Origin: Eledone cirrhosa
Lineage: Eukaryota
Assembly (NCBI GenBank): GCA_964016885.1
Contig: OZ024742.1
Coordinates: 227,292,001-227,356,000, forward strand
DNA length: 64,000 bases
Reading direction: 5' to 3'
Part shown: positions 1 through 14,155 of the stretch, one piece after another
How the letters are laid out: every line of letters begins with the position of its first letter
Position numbering within the stretch: position 1 is the first letter of the stretch
Position numbers and translations under genes: made by a program
Notes under the pieces: generated by a model
The model's input: the letters and a program-made list of their open reading frames with translations, nothing else
Told to the model about the DNA's origin: nothing
The model's database searches: none

Positions 1-112
1 GATTCTAAAGACGGGTGTAGTGATATACACACTCACATACCATCACAATGACGCACACACTCATGCACAAGAACACAGACATAACCACACACACACACAC
101 ACGCACACACAC

Positions 113-300
113 TAGACCTGCCAACCTCTAAAAACCTAAACGGGGAGTACCTTGAAAAACATGCCCCAAAACGGGGAGAAATGAGGCTAAATAGGGAGAT
201 TTGCCCAAGCTATACCCATTTTCACAAGAGAAGACATCTCTCACCCACCCCAAAGTGGGTGGGAGATCCCACCGTCGGACGGGGAGAGTTGACAGGTCTG
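113..300. mobile_element. Short MITE with ~17-bp TIRs (hAT-like); copies at 33713-33905 and 63138-63325
   Basis: Left TAGACCTGCCAACCTCT vs reverse complement of right end CAGACCTGTCAACTCTC; a diverged full copy at 33713-33905; no clean TSD seen. Confidence 0.7.
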
Positions 301-499
301 CACACAACTTAAAATACATACACACATTCTATTTATACCAGTATGTATGTGTGGACTCATAACTCATGGTAAAGTCGTATGAACACTGTAGTAACATACG
401 ACGTTTCTTGGGAATTTTGTTTAAGCCTGGCAGAGACCATTCCCTCTTCAGATCTGAATATGATCAATTTCTTCCAAAGTAAAGAGAGTGATAGAATGG

Positions 500-655
<156 letters not shown>

Positions 656-669
656 ATCTATCACAGTAC

Positions 670-790
670 AAGACTTGTAATTTTGTTTTTGTTATCAACC
701 TCGGAAGGATGAAAGACGAAGTTGCCTTCCTTCGGCGGGATTTGAACTCCGGGCGCTGAGAACCGGAACGAATACTGCAATTTTCCACCT
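670..790 (-). mobile_element. Old, diverged OK-like tRNA-SINE fragment
   Basis: ggaaggatgaaag...ggcgggatttgaactc matches the young SINE copies in this window. Confidence 0.65.
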
Positions 791-959
791 TATATATATT
801 CCAGTAAAGATTAACAAAATCTCCTTTGTCTTAAAATAAACAGTCAATTAGGTGTTGTATTTAATAACAAGGTGTTTCATTCATAAAAACAAAAACACAG
901 ACATTTAAATGCAAGTTATTCATTAAAAACACTATTTGTGTTTTCTGGGCCATATGGTG

Positions 960-1130
960 GAATGGGCCTCCGTCGGTTTCAACGATGAATGCTTCAGTTG
1001 TTCGTAAAACGGAACAGCCTGCTTGTGACATTAATGTGTAAATGGCTGAGTATTCCACATGTATGTGTACTTTGTCAGGAAGCATCAGTGACACAGGGTG
1101 TGACAAAAATGGACCTTTGAATTACAGGTA
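960..1130 (-). mobile_element. 3' tail of a second SINE family (OR-like)
   Basis: Similar to 1688-1785, 7880-8000 and 38795-39150. Confidence 0.6.
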
Positions 1131-1143
1131 GCTTCATCTTGTA

Positions 1144-1254
1144 CAAATCCCGCCGAGGTTAATTTTGCCTTTCATTCTTACGGGGTCGATAAAATAAAGT
1201 ACCAGTAATGCACTGGGTAATTGCTGGCCTTGTGCCAAAAGTAGAAACAATTAT
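1144..1254 (+). mobile_element. OK-like tRNA-SINE, 5'-truncated
   Basis: caaatcccgccgagg...gccttgtgccaaaagtagaaacaattat; same body as the full copies. Confidence 0.85.
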
Positions 1255-1401
1255 ATCGAATCTATGAGATTTTGAAAGTATTTATTTTGAGAACAATACC
1301 TTAACATCAGTTTGAGCGACCAGTTACAGCCATTTTCAACAGAAGGAGGTAGAGAATTCTGGCTGGTTTTCGCCGGTTTGAACATTAAAGGGTTAAATAT
1401 A

Positions 1402-1578
1402 TTTGTTTCTACTTTTTGGCACAAGGCCAGCAATTATCCCAGTGCATTACTGGTACTTTATTTTATCGACCCCGTAAGGATGAAAGTCAAAGTTAACCTC
1501 GGCGGGATTTGAACTCAGAATGGCAAGGGCCGTAACTCTTTACTGTAAAGCATGGCGTCCGACCCTCTACCGATACTG
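1402..1578 (-). mobile_element. OK-like tRNA-SINE, near full length
   Basis: B box GAGTTCAAATCC on the minus strand; body shared with more than 10 copies in the window. Confidence 0.85.
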
Positions 1579-2512
1579 AAATATATTGATAGGTTTTCAG
1601 AAATAGTCATGATTATCTATTTAGTTTATATAGTAATCGGTTTTGCTCTGCATAGCTTTTCAAAGTTTAATTTTGATTTGCGCCGGTTGTATATTCCACA
1701 AACACGTGTACCTTAACATAATCATCAGGGAGAATCAGCCTGACAGTGTGTGACAAGCCTGGACCTTTGAAATACAGGTACAGTCCGCCATCTTGTACTA
1801 TAGCATGAGGAGTTGAATATTCCACAAACACGTGGAGATTGAGTGTGACTTATTGGTACAATTTATTCGACCGGACTACAAACAGTTTCTGTCAACCCAG
1901 TTTCACTTACAAAACTGGATCGACCCCAGGTTATGATAATGACACTTGTCCAGAGGTGTAACAAAGGAAAACAGCACCTATGGCAAACATTGAAATTGCG
2001 CCCTGCCCATGCAACAAGCTATATAGTAGTTGATAAACAATGAGATTGACAGCGCAGTTTAAATAAATGAGGGTTTAGGGTATTAAACTGCATTTTCATT
2101 TGTTCTACAGGTATCCTTTACGCTTAAGTATACGTAAAGTATAGGCAAAAGTGTTAGTGTATTTAAAGGGATCAATCTGTGTAATACTGATCTTTGACAA
2201 ATATTAAAACCCTATTAAAATATTTGACAAGTCATACTATAAGGTATGCCTCTGTGATCATGTAGTTCCCAGCACAGTATTTTTATTTATGGGCCTAATC
2301 ATTTATATAAATGGTTTAATTATCCAGCCACCATAGTGTTTCTCAGTCAAGATAATCAAAGACAGATCATACATCTGAAGGAGTTTCTTTTTTCACTCTC
2401 TGATGATAGTTTATCTGACTTTAATAGAAAGTGTTCCTAGTTCAGGTAGCACCCGCTTTCAAGTGATGCCCATCGTACGTGCTATGCTTGCTATACCCTA
2501 TATACGCCTCTG

Positions 2513-2592
2513 CACTTGTCCAAGAGGTTACACAGTGGGATCGAACCTAGTACTGTATGATTGTAAAGCGAATTTCTTAACCATTTAGCCAT
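2513..2592 (-). mobile_element. tRNA-like head of an OR1-like SINE
   Basis: Minus strand ATGGCTAAATGGTTAAG...GGTTCGATCCC (A and B boxes); similar to 38620-38785. Confidence 0.6.
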
Positions 2593-2824
2593 ATTTATAT
2601 ATTCTTTTATTCTTCTACTAGTCAGTCCTTAGATAGCACCCATGCCGGGTCGTCACATTGAGGGGATTCAGTTGATCATACTTATTCTTGAACTTGAACT
2701 TGAACTTATTTTATTGATCTCTTGTTGTCGAACAGCTAGTAGTGTACGAGATATAAGCGCACATACACATATATGTACACACGCACGCACACACACACAC
2801 TCACACACACACACACATATATAT

Positions 2825-3290
2825 ATGTAGAGGTTATATTTAATTTGTTGGGATACAACAAGCAAAATATTTTTATAACTGATATAAAGCACTCAACAAA
2901 TTATTGGAGTAAATATACGATATATTAACAAATGGAAACTATATTTATAAAACCATATTTATTTCATTATACATATTTCAAGGGCCACCAAGGCAAACTA
3001 TGGTGCGCTTTCATCTAAATATAATTGTTTCTACTTTAGGCACAAGGCCAACAATTACCCAGTGCATTACTGGTACTTTATTTTATCGACCCCGTAAGGA
3101 TGAAAGGCAACTGAAAAAAAAAAATCCAGGAGATTTCATATTTTTCAGAGTATGTCAATATTTATTTATAAAACTAACCTATATTATATTTTTCTGATGA
3201 AAGCGCACCATAGTTTGCCTTGGTGGCCCTTGAAATATGTATAATGAAATAAATATGGTTTTATAAATATAGTTTCCATTTGTTAATATA
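2825..3290. mobile_element. Inverted pair of PLE termini (HHR family A) interrupted by a SINE fragment (3021-3109)
   Basis: 2916-3015 is the reverse complement of 3196-3290; abuts (TA)n. Confidence 0.75.
3187..3251 (+). ncRNA. Minimal type-I hammerhead ribozyme motif, family A
   Basis: CTGATGA (3194) - stem II AAG..CACCA/TGGTG..CTT - GAAA (3232) - quasi-palindromic stem III ATATGTAT - AUA site - AT-rich stem I. Confidence 0.7.
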
Positions 3291-3304
3291 TTGTATATAT
3301 ATAT

Positions 3305-3796
<492 letters not shown>

Positions 3797-3797
<1 letters not shown>

Positions 3798-3885
3798 CCG
3801 ATAGGCCTGATTTGCATATTAACAGACTAGCTGATCAGTTAGATCTGCATATTAACAGACCCACTGATCAGCCAGATTTGCAGAC
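3797..3885. repeat. 33-bp tandem repeat, about 2.7 copies
   Basis: gat(t/c)tgcatattaacagac repeated at 33-nt spacing. Confidence 0.75.
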
Positions 3886-3961
3886 GGAAGCCAGAAAGGG
3901 AGATAACTTCTACAGCTCTAGCTGATTCAAGCTTTTGAAGACAATGTAATTTATTCATACT

Positions 3962-4260
3962 TAGTGGCGAAATGGCTAACTTGCTAGAACATTGGATTGA
4001 ATTTGTTCCAGCTCTCTACTCTCTGAGTTCAAATCCCACTGAAGTCAACTTTGCCTTTCAGCTTTTCGAGATCGATAAATAAAGTACCAGTTCAATATTG
4101 GATGGATTTTCCCCAATATCTCTTTTTCACTTTCACTCTATTTACGTATCTGTCTATCTCTGGAAGAAATCGGCTGCAGTAGGATGGGCTCCGCCAGGTT
4201 TAAAATACCCGTGTAACGATGGCACCCCTACGACTCCATCGAGAGTTGAGAGCATACGGA
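3962..4260 (+). mobile_element. Older OK-related SINE with a different 3' tail
   Basis: gagttcaaatcccactgaagtcaactttgcctttc; similar composites at 37366-37680 and 39440-39735. Confidence 0.65.
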
Positions 4261-5914
4261 TGGATGTATAGACACATACACATACACGCGAGAGATCATA
4301 GTTTCACAAAATTGATTTGTTCCTTTGTTGTTTTTTCAATTACTAATACTAAAACTAATTAGGTTTGATCATGTCTAATTGAAGGTAATTAGCGAAGAAT
4401 GTGGAGTAATTAATTCTCCGGTAGTTGTGTAATAGATGTGGTTTAAACTGGTTTGAACCTTCTGACGTCTTCAGTTCTGATTCCCGCCTTTTATTCCCTG
4501 CCTGCCTACCTCCCTCTGCCTTGTTTTACATTCAGTCTAGAGGGGTGTTGTGGCAACATGGTGATAGTGTTGAGAGAGACAGACAAATAGACAGGCAGAT
4601 GCTTAGATAGAGAGAAATACAGATACAGAGAGAGAGAGAAAGACAAAAAAGAAGAAACAGAGAGGAAGAGAAAAGACAGATAGATAGACAAAGAGAGAGA
4701 CATAGAAAACACGGAGGGAAAAGAACAAATAAAGAGTGAGAAAGGCAGAAAATCAAGTAGAGAGAGAAAAAAATCAAGCAGAGAGAGAAAGAAAAGTCAA
4801 GCAGGGAGAGAGATAAAGAGAGGGACATGAAGAAGAAAGAGAAAAGACAACCCGTATAAAGTCAGCCGAGAAGTTTAAATAGAAAAAAAATTCTATGCTC
4901 CATATCTAACTTATTTATTAGAGAGTGTCAATGTTGTGGGAGGAGGAGGAAGGGAAGGCGAGGAATAACAATCAGAGAGAGACAGGGAACTGTATGGAGA
5001 GAGAGTGGGACACACACAAAAGACCTCAGATGTCCGCAATGACGTTGTATCAAGTACAGCTGACCTCCTTTAACACACACGCACACATACAGAAATAGAC
5101 TCTCTCCCATACACACACTTTCGCAGCCATACATCTCCACACACATTTGTCCTAAATGTTGTCACTAAAACGCCAAATAAACGAATTATTTTAAAGCTAA
5201 ATATGTATATATGTTGCAGTAGTTTGAATTCTTGTGCTAATGTTAGCAAAGTAGGTCTGTGTGACAACATGCCGACCTTGTAGCACACAGATGTTCAATT
5301 TTCCTTTGTTTCGAATTGTCGTCTGTCTAGAGGAAAGAATCCCACTAGAGTCATTTACAGTTTATCAAAGATAAGACGTACAAGACAACATTCTGCTCTC
5401 ATCTCTCGAAGGAGACACACCATATGCTGTTAGTTTTCAGCAAACACAGAGATGTAGCGCTTAGCCAAACACTCCGGCCCTCTCTACAAGGGCCAGATTC
5501 AACAAAGGTCAGTCTACACATCACTATAAATACCATCTTTTCCATCATTACACACACACATACACCACAACAGCATACGTCTTGTTTTCTTATATTGTCA
5601 ACAATATCCTCGTGGCAGGTTATTAAATTAATAAATATATTTAAGTAGCGATTTGGTTTTTATTTCATTACTATGCGATCAGGGTAAATCACTCAAGGAA
5701 TCATCACTTCATCATAATGAACACTGTAGCTCACTTGCATGCACACAATCTCTGGTCACGCTGTATCAGGCATATCAATCTTCTTCGCATACACTCTGTA
5801 CAAACGCGACTAACATCACAAAACAATCCACAAGTGAATAACAAACCACAGTACCAACTAACATCGCTGACTCATCTCCCACTACATCCAAAATAATATC
5901 TATCGCTACATATA

Positions 5915-6760
5915 CATGGGACTTCAAAAGTAGGTATACAGCGAACGTGGTGGCTAGTCAACGGCTCCTCGACGTCCAATCCATCTGTTGGCAAATTCTT
6001 TGTTAAGTAACGCACGTACAGTGAATTCGAAGTGCGGTGGTGCCCCATCCTTCTGAAGTTGCCCTTCTGCTGCTGTTCGCCTACTTATGGTATAATTGTA
6101 TCTGTCAGCACATTCAGATAGATGTGTTGGTCGACAGTCTTCTGCAGATTGATAGGTTCAATGATACCTTTGCAGGACAGGCCAGGCAGACCACGCTGTC
6201 ACCCCAGGTTCATTGAGCTATTTCTCAATTGTGACTTTAAGATCTTTAGTTGCGTAGTACACACAATTATGTCGATTAACGGCACCCGATAGCTTAAAGT
6301 TGGCTTCATTGGATAACAAGATTTTGCGCAGAATGCCGTCACCCTCTCGTTTCTTGTTCAGGACGGCATTAGAAAATTGTTATGGCCGATCTTAGTCATC
6401 CTCCAATAAACCATGTATCAACCGTGGCACGTATATTTTCAGTCTTACACGGTGCATCAAACGACTCAAGGATCTAAGTTCAATACCCAATTCAGATGAC
6501 GGCCTGTTTTTAGATTTCTGAAGGTTTTGTGAGAATGCCTGGGCGACTTACATTGCATTCTCTGGCGTTATCATGGTGACTGGTCAACCACTCTTCAGTG
6601 AGTTGTGGATAGACCCAGTCCGCTCAAATTTGTCACGTATCCGGTAAATCGCGAGCCTCGTTGGTGCAGGCGATGCAAATGTTTCTCGCCACTGCTCTTG
6701 CACACGTTCACTGTTCTCTGTCTTCCAGTAGTTTCAAAATCCATTTGTGCTCCTCGTCCG
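5915..6760 (-). pseudogene. Decayed Tc1/mariner-superfamily transposase
   Basis: Minus-strand translation gives ILLSNEANFKLSGAVNRHNCVYY and QKDGAPPHFEFTVRALLNKEFANRWIGRRGAVD*PPRS, matching the SDEA / QQDGAPxH / WPPRSPDL motifs; several stops and frameshifts. Confidence 0.8.
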
Positions 6761-6866
6761 TTAAATTACCAGCCTTCGTTAAATTGCCACCTGCAAATCA
6801 TAGTTATATTATTAAAATTATGAAAATAAAAATATTAAAAATAGTAATAATTATTTTAATGAATTA

Positions 6867-7513
6867 CCGTATTTCCCGGCGTCGAAGATGCTACTTTTTT
6901 TCCTAAAATCTAAACTATAATAAAGTAAGGAGTGCGGGACTGCGTCCAGAATATATTTTTTTTATCCCATTTGTAATATATTTTGAATAAATAATGAATG
7001 AATATTACATAATTTATCTACTAAATTTCGTTATTCTTGTTTAAATATAAATAATTTTGTTGTTTATTTTAAGATTCACTTCTTTAAAATTTTCAAATGT
7101 CAACACTTCCGGTTAGCGATCGCTTAAATAAACATTCATATATTTCCGTCACTAATTTTCTCGTAATGCAGTTTATATATAATATCGTCCATTTTTAATG
7201 TATCATGGATTACGTTACTGATTACATAAGACAGTGTAACGCAGTCTTCGTTCAATTTCTGTGTATATTGTCAATTACGATTTTATTTGATGTATCATAT
7301 CTACATGCATATATACTTGCGTATAATAACAATATGCACACTACACATGCTAGCAGAAAACCACCCGAATGGTGGTTTTTCTGCTAGTAAGTTTAAAAAT
7401 TCTACCATGCGTACTGGAGGCCGAAGGTTGTTTATTATTTTTTTCAAATTTTTGGTTGTCAAAATTAGGGTGCGTCCTCGAGGACGAAGCGTCTTCGGCG
7501 CCGGGAAATACGG
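6867..7513. mobile_element. pogo/Tc1-type MITE with TA TSD
   Basis: TA-CCGTATTTCCCGGCGTCGAAGA ... TCTTCGGCGCCGGGAAATACGG-TA. Confidence 0.88.
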
Positions 7514-7772
7514 TAAATGAATTCTAGCATTTAATGAATCCTAGCACCACTATTATAATACTGGTAGTACTCGTATAATCCTTCCTGTATACCTACTTTT
7601 GCATTCCCCTATATATATTTGTATATGTAGGATATCTGTAAATGTAAAGCCGAGGGGGAAATGCTCAATCTGGTGCAAGAGAACTTATTTAAATGTTATA
7701 AATGTTCTTACACTTAACATGTATACGCTACCAGAGGTTTCAGGGCCCAGCTATGGCCTTTATCATATATGA

Positions 7773-8000
7773 AGGAAGGCACGTGGTTTAGTTGTTAAGG
7801 TTTTCGACTCATGATCTTAAGGTCGTGAGCTTGATTCCAGACGATGTGTTGTCCTTCAGCAAGTTGCTACTGTTAGTTGGCAAAACTGAGAGTAATTGAA
7901 TCTGCGGAATGCTTAGTTACTCGCTCATTAATCTCATGAGTAGGCCGTCCCTTTGATCAAACAACTGGAACATTCGTTGTCATTACTGACAGATATCCAA
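7773..8000 (+). mobile_element. OR-like tRNA-SINE, diverged
   Basis: ggcacgtggtttagttgttaagg head plus the tail shared with 39060-39150. Confidence 0.65.
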
Positions 8001-8632
8001 CAACTAAAAACAAATGTGTCAGTCACTGTCACTAGTTCTTTAGATATACGGAGGTATGGTCTTATTAAAGCGAAGTATGTGTATGTATGAAAATATGGAT
8101 TGTGCGTATGTCAGTCGTTGTCAAGTTGTCCAGATAAACATTCATTAAAGCGAAATTGTACTTTCAAAACGGTAAATCGCAAATCTAACCGTAAACACGA
8201 ACGAGAGAACGAAATTACTTTGTATATATGTTGCTATTGCATATGAAAATTGTATTTAAAATGGAAAAACAACGAGTATCGAAACGTAAATATGTCTTCC
8301 TCCTTACGGCATGCCAACAGTATTGGATTAACCTAGTAGCAAGAATAACATTTGCTACGCCAATTCCCTGCAATTTCAGGGACTCCGCACCAAGTGCTTT
8401 ATACTATAGAACTGGGCTGACTTTATAGCACGTTTTTTATGATATATGCTATATGATCCGTACTAATTTATCCGATATGGCACACAAACTCGCCCAAACT
8501 TACGATCTGAATTATCAATTACCACGTCAATAAAAACAGGGGCTTGGGGATTCACTCAGGGTCGTTTTAACCAATGGCCCGGCACCTAGGCTTACAGTTT
8601 TTTCGCCCCACCCCCCACTCTGGCACTTCAAT

Positions 8633-9178
8633 TAGTAAGGTGATTCACTGGTATTTATGCAAACTAAATAATTTACCACATTCTGAGAAGTTGTATGAGC
8701 ATAAGCCAGTGTCGGTGATAGAAAACGATCGAGTGAAAGTACTATGCGATTTCAGGATACAGACAGACAAGAAATTAGAACACAATAGGCCTGACCTGGG
8801 GGGGGGGGGGGGGGGGGGCAAGGAAAAAAGATCATGCCAAGGAAAAAAGCTTGCCGCTTTGACACAAGAGTGCAAGAAAAGGAGAATGAAAAAATTAATC
8901 GATACCAGGATTTAAAGTGGGAATTAAAAAGGATTTTGGATTGTCATGAGATCAAAGTCCTCCCGATTGTCATAGGAGCACTAGGTACTATCTCGAAGAG
9001 TTTTCAAAGATGGTTAAAGAACATTAGCCCAGCCCCCTTTTTTGGAACACTTCAAAAGGCATGCCTTCTGGAAACAGCAAAGACTCTCCGATACGTCCTG
9101 AATATTTGAGGTTGCAGATAGTGGCTTGATGTTAAATAACATCAGTGACTGAGATAAGAAAATAATAATAATAATAAT
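8633..9178 (+). mobile_element. 3' end of an R4/Dong-type non-LTR retrotransposon (restriction-like endonuclease) with (TAA)n tail
   Basis: IHWYLC...DFRIQTDKKLEHNRPDL, EKINRYQDL...LPIVIGALG...LQKACLLETAKTLRYVL; frameshift at poly-G 8798-8818; short 3' UTR then (TAA)n. Confidence 0.88.
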
Positions 9179-9906
9179 TGTTTCTACTTTAGGCACAAGG
9201 CCAGCAATTACCCAGTGCATTACTGGTACTTTATTTTATCGACCCCGTAAGGATGAAAGGCAAAGTCAACCACGGCGGGATTTGAACTCATAATAATAAT
9301 GTTTCTACTTTTGGGTCAAGGCTAGCAATTACCCCAGTGCATTACTGGGTCTTTATTTTATTTATTTTATCGACCCCGTAAGGATGAAAGGAAAAGTTAA
9401 CCTGGCGGGATTTGAACTCAGAACGTAAAGGGCCATAACTCCTATGCTGCAGAGCATGGTGTCTGACGCTCTACCAATGGTTTCTTATTTAGGCACAAAG
9501 CCAACAAACTTTCGGAGAGGGGAAAGTCGTTTAAATCGACCCCAGTGCATTACTGGTGCTTTATTTTATCGACCCCGTAAGGATAAAGGCAAAGCTAACC
9601 TCGATGGGTTTTGAACTCAGAACGTAAAAGACCGTAACTCTGCTGCAAAGCTTGGTGTCCGACGCTCCACCGATACTGCCAATAATAATGATTTCTAGTA
9701 TAGGCACAAGTCCAGTAATTTGGGAGGGAGGGAAAGTCGATTAAATCGACATCAGTACATTACTGGTACTTTATTTTATCGACCCCGTAAGGATGAAAGG
9801 CAAAGTTAACCTCGGCGGGATTTGAATTCAGATCATAAAGGGCCGTAATTCTATGCTGCAAAGCATGGCGTCCGACCCTCTCCCGATACTGCCAATCCAC
9901 CACCCT
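9174..9906 (-). mobile_element. Stack of four OK-like SINEs (9174-9290, 9299-9476, 9478-9682, 9690-9906)
   Basis: Four consecutive same-orientation copies of the ttttatcgaccccgtaaggat core. Confidence 0.9.
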
Positions 9907-10347
9907 TCCACTGCCAATAATGATAAAACATAACACACCAACACGTGACGAACCACATAACAGCAAAGAGTTTTTACCATTAATTGTCCAGTGATATATA
10001 CACGGGTGTGTATGATTGTATATAGAAGATTATATTAATAAAAGGAATTCCAACTTTGTCTGATTTACTCGTTTTATTTACAATCCTTTAAAATTTATAA
10101 TGGTATTAGAATGAAATAGTATGGCAGAATATTAAATGTTAAGTGTTAATTGAACAAGTACTTTCATGCTTTCGCAATCTTCATCGTTCATATTCTGTGG
10201 TGACAGTCAAGTTTGCAATTTTCAACTGTAATGAGATGGGTAAATTTTATGCCTTATATACAGTAAAAAGCGGCTACAGAATGCTAAGTTTTGCAAACTA
10301 TATTTCGACCAATCGGTGTGTAGTTTCACTGGATTACTAAAGCTGAT

Positions 10348-10742
10348 TGGTTTAGGCGTCACGGTTGGTTGAGCATGTCTAACGACTTCTATTTGACCCT
10401 ATCCAAAGCATCAATTGTTTTGCTATTTTTAGAAATGATGAAAATAGCATTTTCTAGGGTTTTTATAAAAAATCTTCAGTAATCATCACCATCAACATCA
10501 CTTTTATTTTTATTATTGTTGTTGTTGTTAGTGGTGGTAGTCGACATGGTCGTAAACTAACAACAACAACAACAATAATAAAATAAAAGTGATGTTGATG
10601 GTGATGATTACTGAAGATTTTTTATAAAAACTCTAGAAAATGCTATTTTCATCATTTCTAAAAATAGCAAAACAATTGATGCTTTGGATAGGGTCAAATA
10701 GAAATCGTTAGACATGCTCAACCAACCGTGACGCCTAAACCA
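10348..10742. repeat. Near-perfect foldback inverted repeat, ~185-bp arms and ~23-bp spacer
   Basis: TGGTTTAGGCGTCACGG...GTTAGT / ACTAAC...CCGTGACGCCTAAACCA with only a few mismatches or indels. Confidence 0.92.
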
Positions 10743-11430
10743 TTATTTGACGACTAAAAACGTTATCAACTGATGTGCATTTTTATACACTTAGCGGCGA
10801 TAAACGAAGTAACATGTTATCTTGAGCCAGATTTATAAATTTACGTGGTATGTAGGCTGTCTTTTATAATCTTTATAATCTCTGTATATATGTTTGGGTT
10901 CGACCCCACCTAGCAAGCATACTAGGGTACCTGGTGGATTTAATGATTTGGGCACTTTGTGTTATTTTCTTTTCTGTTTTGAATAGATTGTTTACCCATG
11001 TGTTCTGATCGCTGCCGCTGTTACCAGGCATTGTTTTTGACGAGTTCGTGACTGGATTGTGTATGGAGACTTTGGTTGTATTAAATCTGGAACTGAAACT
11101 TGACACATTATGATATACGGCCTGGGATCTTATACATAAGGTTTTTTTTTTTTGTAATATATAAATCCAGCATATAATTCCTGTTACTGGATGTAATGTT
11201 ATGTTTGAGTGAGAATTTATATCCAACTATTTTGTACTTTAGAACGATCTACATATGTTGTATTATTTAGACTGATTTGTTATCTACTGACAATCCTATC
11301 TCTATTTAACCCCTAGACATTTGGGACATTTGTAACCGATTGGTCTAGCCTATACGGTTAATATACATGTGTAGTAACTCTTTGCCAGTTGGTTTTACAG
11401 TAACTAAAATAAGATTGTGGGGCTTTTGCT

Positions 11431-11590
11431 TCAGCACTATCTTACAATAACCCCGCTTTGCTAGTGTATAGTTTGCTTTATATGTGGTGCCTGTCTATAT
11501 ACTTGTTATACTCAGCTCTATCCTGTAATAACCCTAATTTGCTTGTGTATGGCTTGCATTTATGAGATACCTGTCTATATGCTTGTGGAG
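11431..11590. repeat. Diverged ~81-bp tandem duplication
   Basis: tcagcactatcttacaataaccc...cctgtctatatacttgt vs tcagctctatcctgtaataaccc...cctgtctatatgcttgt. Confidence 0.7.
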
Positions 11591-12138
11591 CACCCATGGG
11601 CTACGTAATTCAGGTACCTACCAGTATACCTTGTATATGTATACCATGGAGGGGATTTTGATTACTGTGGTATTTCTGGAGGTACCTTAAGAACCTCTTA
11701 GTGCTTATATAACTATAAGTTACGGAGATCCTACTCACTCGTTTTATTAGGGACCAGCGATTAAATTCATCTGGCTTTTTTATGTGCTTAAAACATTTTT
11801 CTTCTTTCTGTTTTCATTTCTTACCTTTAAAACATTTTTTACCTTTTTATTTATTTTTTATCTCTTTATATTATCTTCCTTTTATTTTTTTTATTTTTTT
11901 TATTATTTTTTTTAATGATTTAACCATTGCTTGTATTTTTTTTTTTTTTGTGTGCCATCAATTGTATCTGCATCTTGTGAAATCTGCTTGTGCCCTAACA
12001 TTTAGCTGTGGTGCTTAACAACCCCCCCAACATGTACCCCCTCCTTGTTCGCCATCTCCGATCTCCCTATCTTTACTCTCTATTGTATTCCGATTGTTCG
12101 TGTGACTAAGCTTGGTGGAGCTTATACTCAGCACTGTG

Positions 12139-12198
12139 TTTATTAAGCTCTGAGGATACCTACCAAACGGTATGGATGAAATATTGTAAGCAAATAAA
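12139..12198 (+). ncRNA. Minimal hammerhead motif, family C (partly decayed)
   Basis: tttatt..GCT-CTGAGGA-..TACC aaac GGTA..-GAAA-TATTG-TA|AGC..aataaa. Confidence 0.6.
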
Positions 12199-12359
12199 AA
12201 CTCTTTTGAGTATGTAAGCGTTCTTTGGTTTCTTTTACATATAACGGCTCTGTTCTTGTACATTGAGCTAACACAATACTGTCATAATACAACACGGTGC
12301 ATGTGTGTTTATGCACATATGCTCCGTGCTATACGTAAATAAATAAATATATATATATA

Positions 12360-12595
12360 GTAATAATAATAAATTTGAAGACTAAAATCCAAAGAGAGCT
12401 CGATAAGGATAAATATATATCAAATATATAAGAACCGTAGAGCAAATATTTAGGGGGCAATCAACCCGATTCATACAATTACAGTTAGTACTAACTACAG
12501 GGTTGCACGTGTTCCTACGGCTAGGTAGTTTAGCTAAATTTGAAGCTGTGATGTTATGTGCAAGGTTAGGAGTCGTAGAGTAAGAAATTTTAATA

Positions 12596-12598
<3 letters not shown>
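12360..12598 (-). mobile_element. Internally deleted fragment of the second PLE lineage
   Basis: 12452-12598 encodes [22 protein letters not shown] (overlaps 28904-28992); 12360-12451 matches 28741-28833. Confidence 0.8.
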
Positions 12599-13500
<902 letters not shown>

Positions 13501-13544
13501 ATCAAAGGGCAAAGGAGCTCTTAAGAGTCAATGGCCATTCAAAA

Positions 13545-13625
13545 TCACCGGGAGAGATGACCCCTTAGCCTTTGTCAAGGCAGAATTCTAGGAGAAGGAA
13601 AACTCTGATATAACACCTGCAACCC
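13545..13625 (+). mobile_element. RTE-like LINE 5' UTR fragment
   Basis: tagcctttgtcaaggc..tctaggagaaggaaaactc matches the reverse complement of 43190-43236; RTE assignment from memory of such UTRs. Confidence 0.5.
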
Positions 13626-14124
13626 TGATGGTATCCAATGATGCTGACTTGTTCTTCTTTTTGGTAAATATCATCTTCGTTAAGAGAGTGGGACCTGCTT
13701 TGTGCAGTGCCTTTGCTCACTATAAAAGCTTCACGGGACAGGCATTGCTTTATATCTGAAGATCTCTCTGCACTTGTCGTCACATGGTACCATGGGCCCA
13801 GCACTATGTGTCAATAATTGTCACAAGTGTAGTGTTTGTACCAGAGTTTTCAAGTCGCTGGCTGGACTAAAAAGTCACACTCGTTCAGCGCATCGGTAGG
13901 AGTTCACCTACATGGATATAAAGTAGTGGCCGTACTCGAAAACGAGTTGGCAGCCACCATGTATGTATGTATATATAAAGAGTGGTGTTATCATGAGCGG
14001 AGATGCTATAAAATGGGTTATAAAATAGCATATTCGTGCATGAGCACTCCACTACACTTTATATTAACTTTACCTCCTCAACGCTTCGAAAAGTCCGAGA
14101 GATTGGCTATGTATAGACGATGTT

Positions 14125-14155
<31 letters not shown>

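Noticed and set aside
2395-2445. CTGATGA...GAAA possible hammerhead
   Set aside because: No credible stem I or stem II
8798-8818. Poly-G run as a programmed frameshift or G-quadruplex in the LINE
   Set aside because: More simply a homopolymer expansion or sequencing artefact in a dead, truncated copy
10873-11226. 117-aa minus-strand ORF
   Set aside because: No recognisable motif; lies in probable PLE-associated UTR sequence
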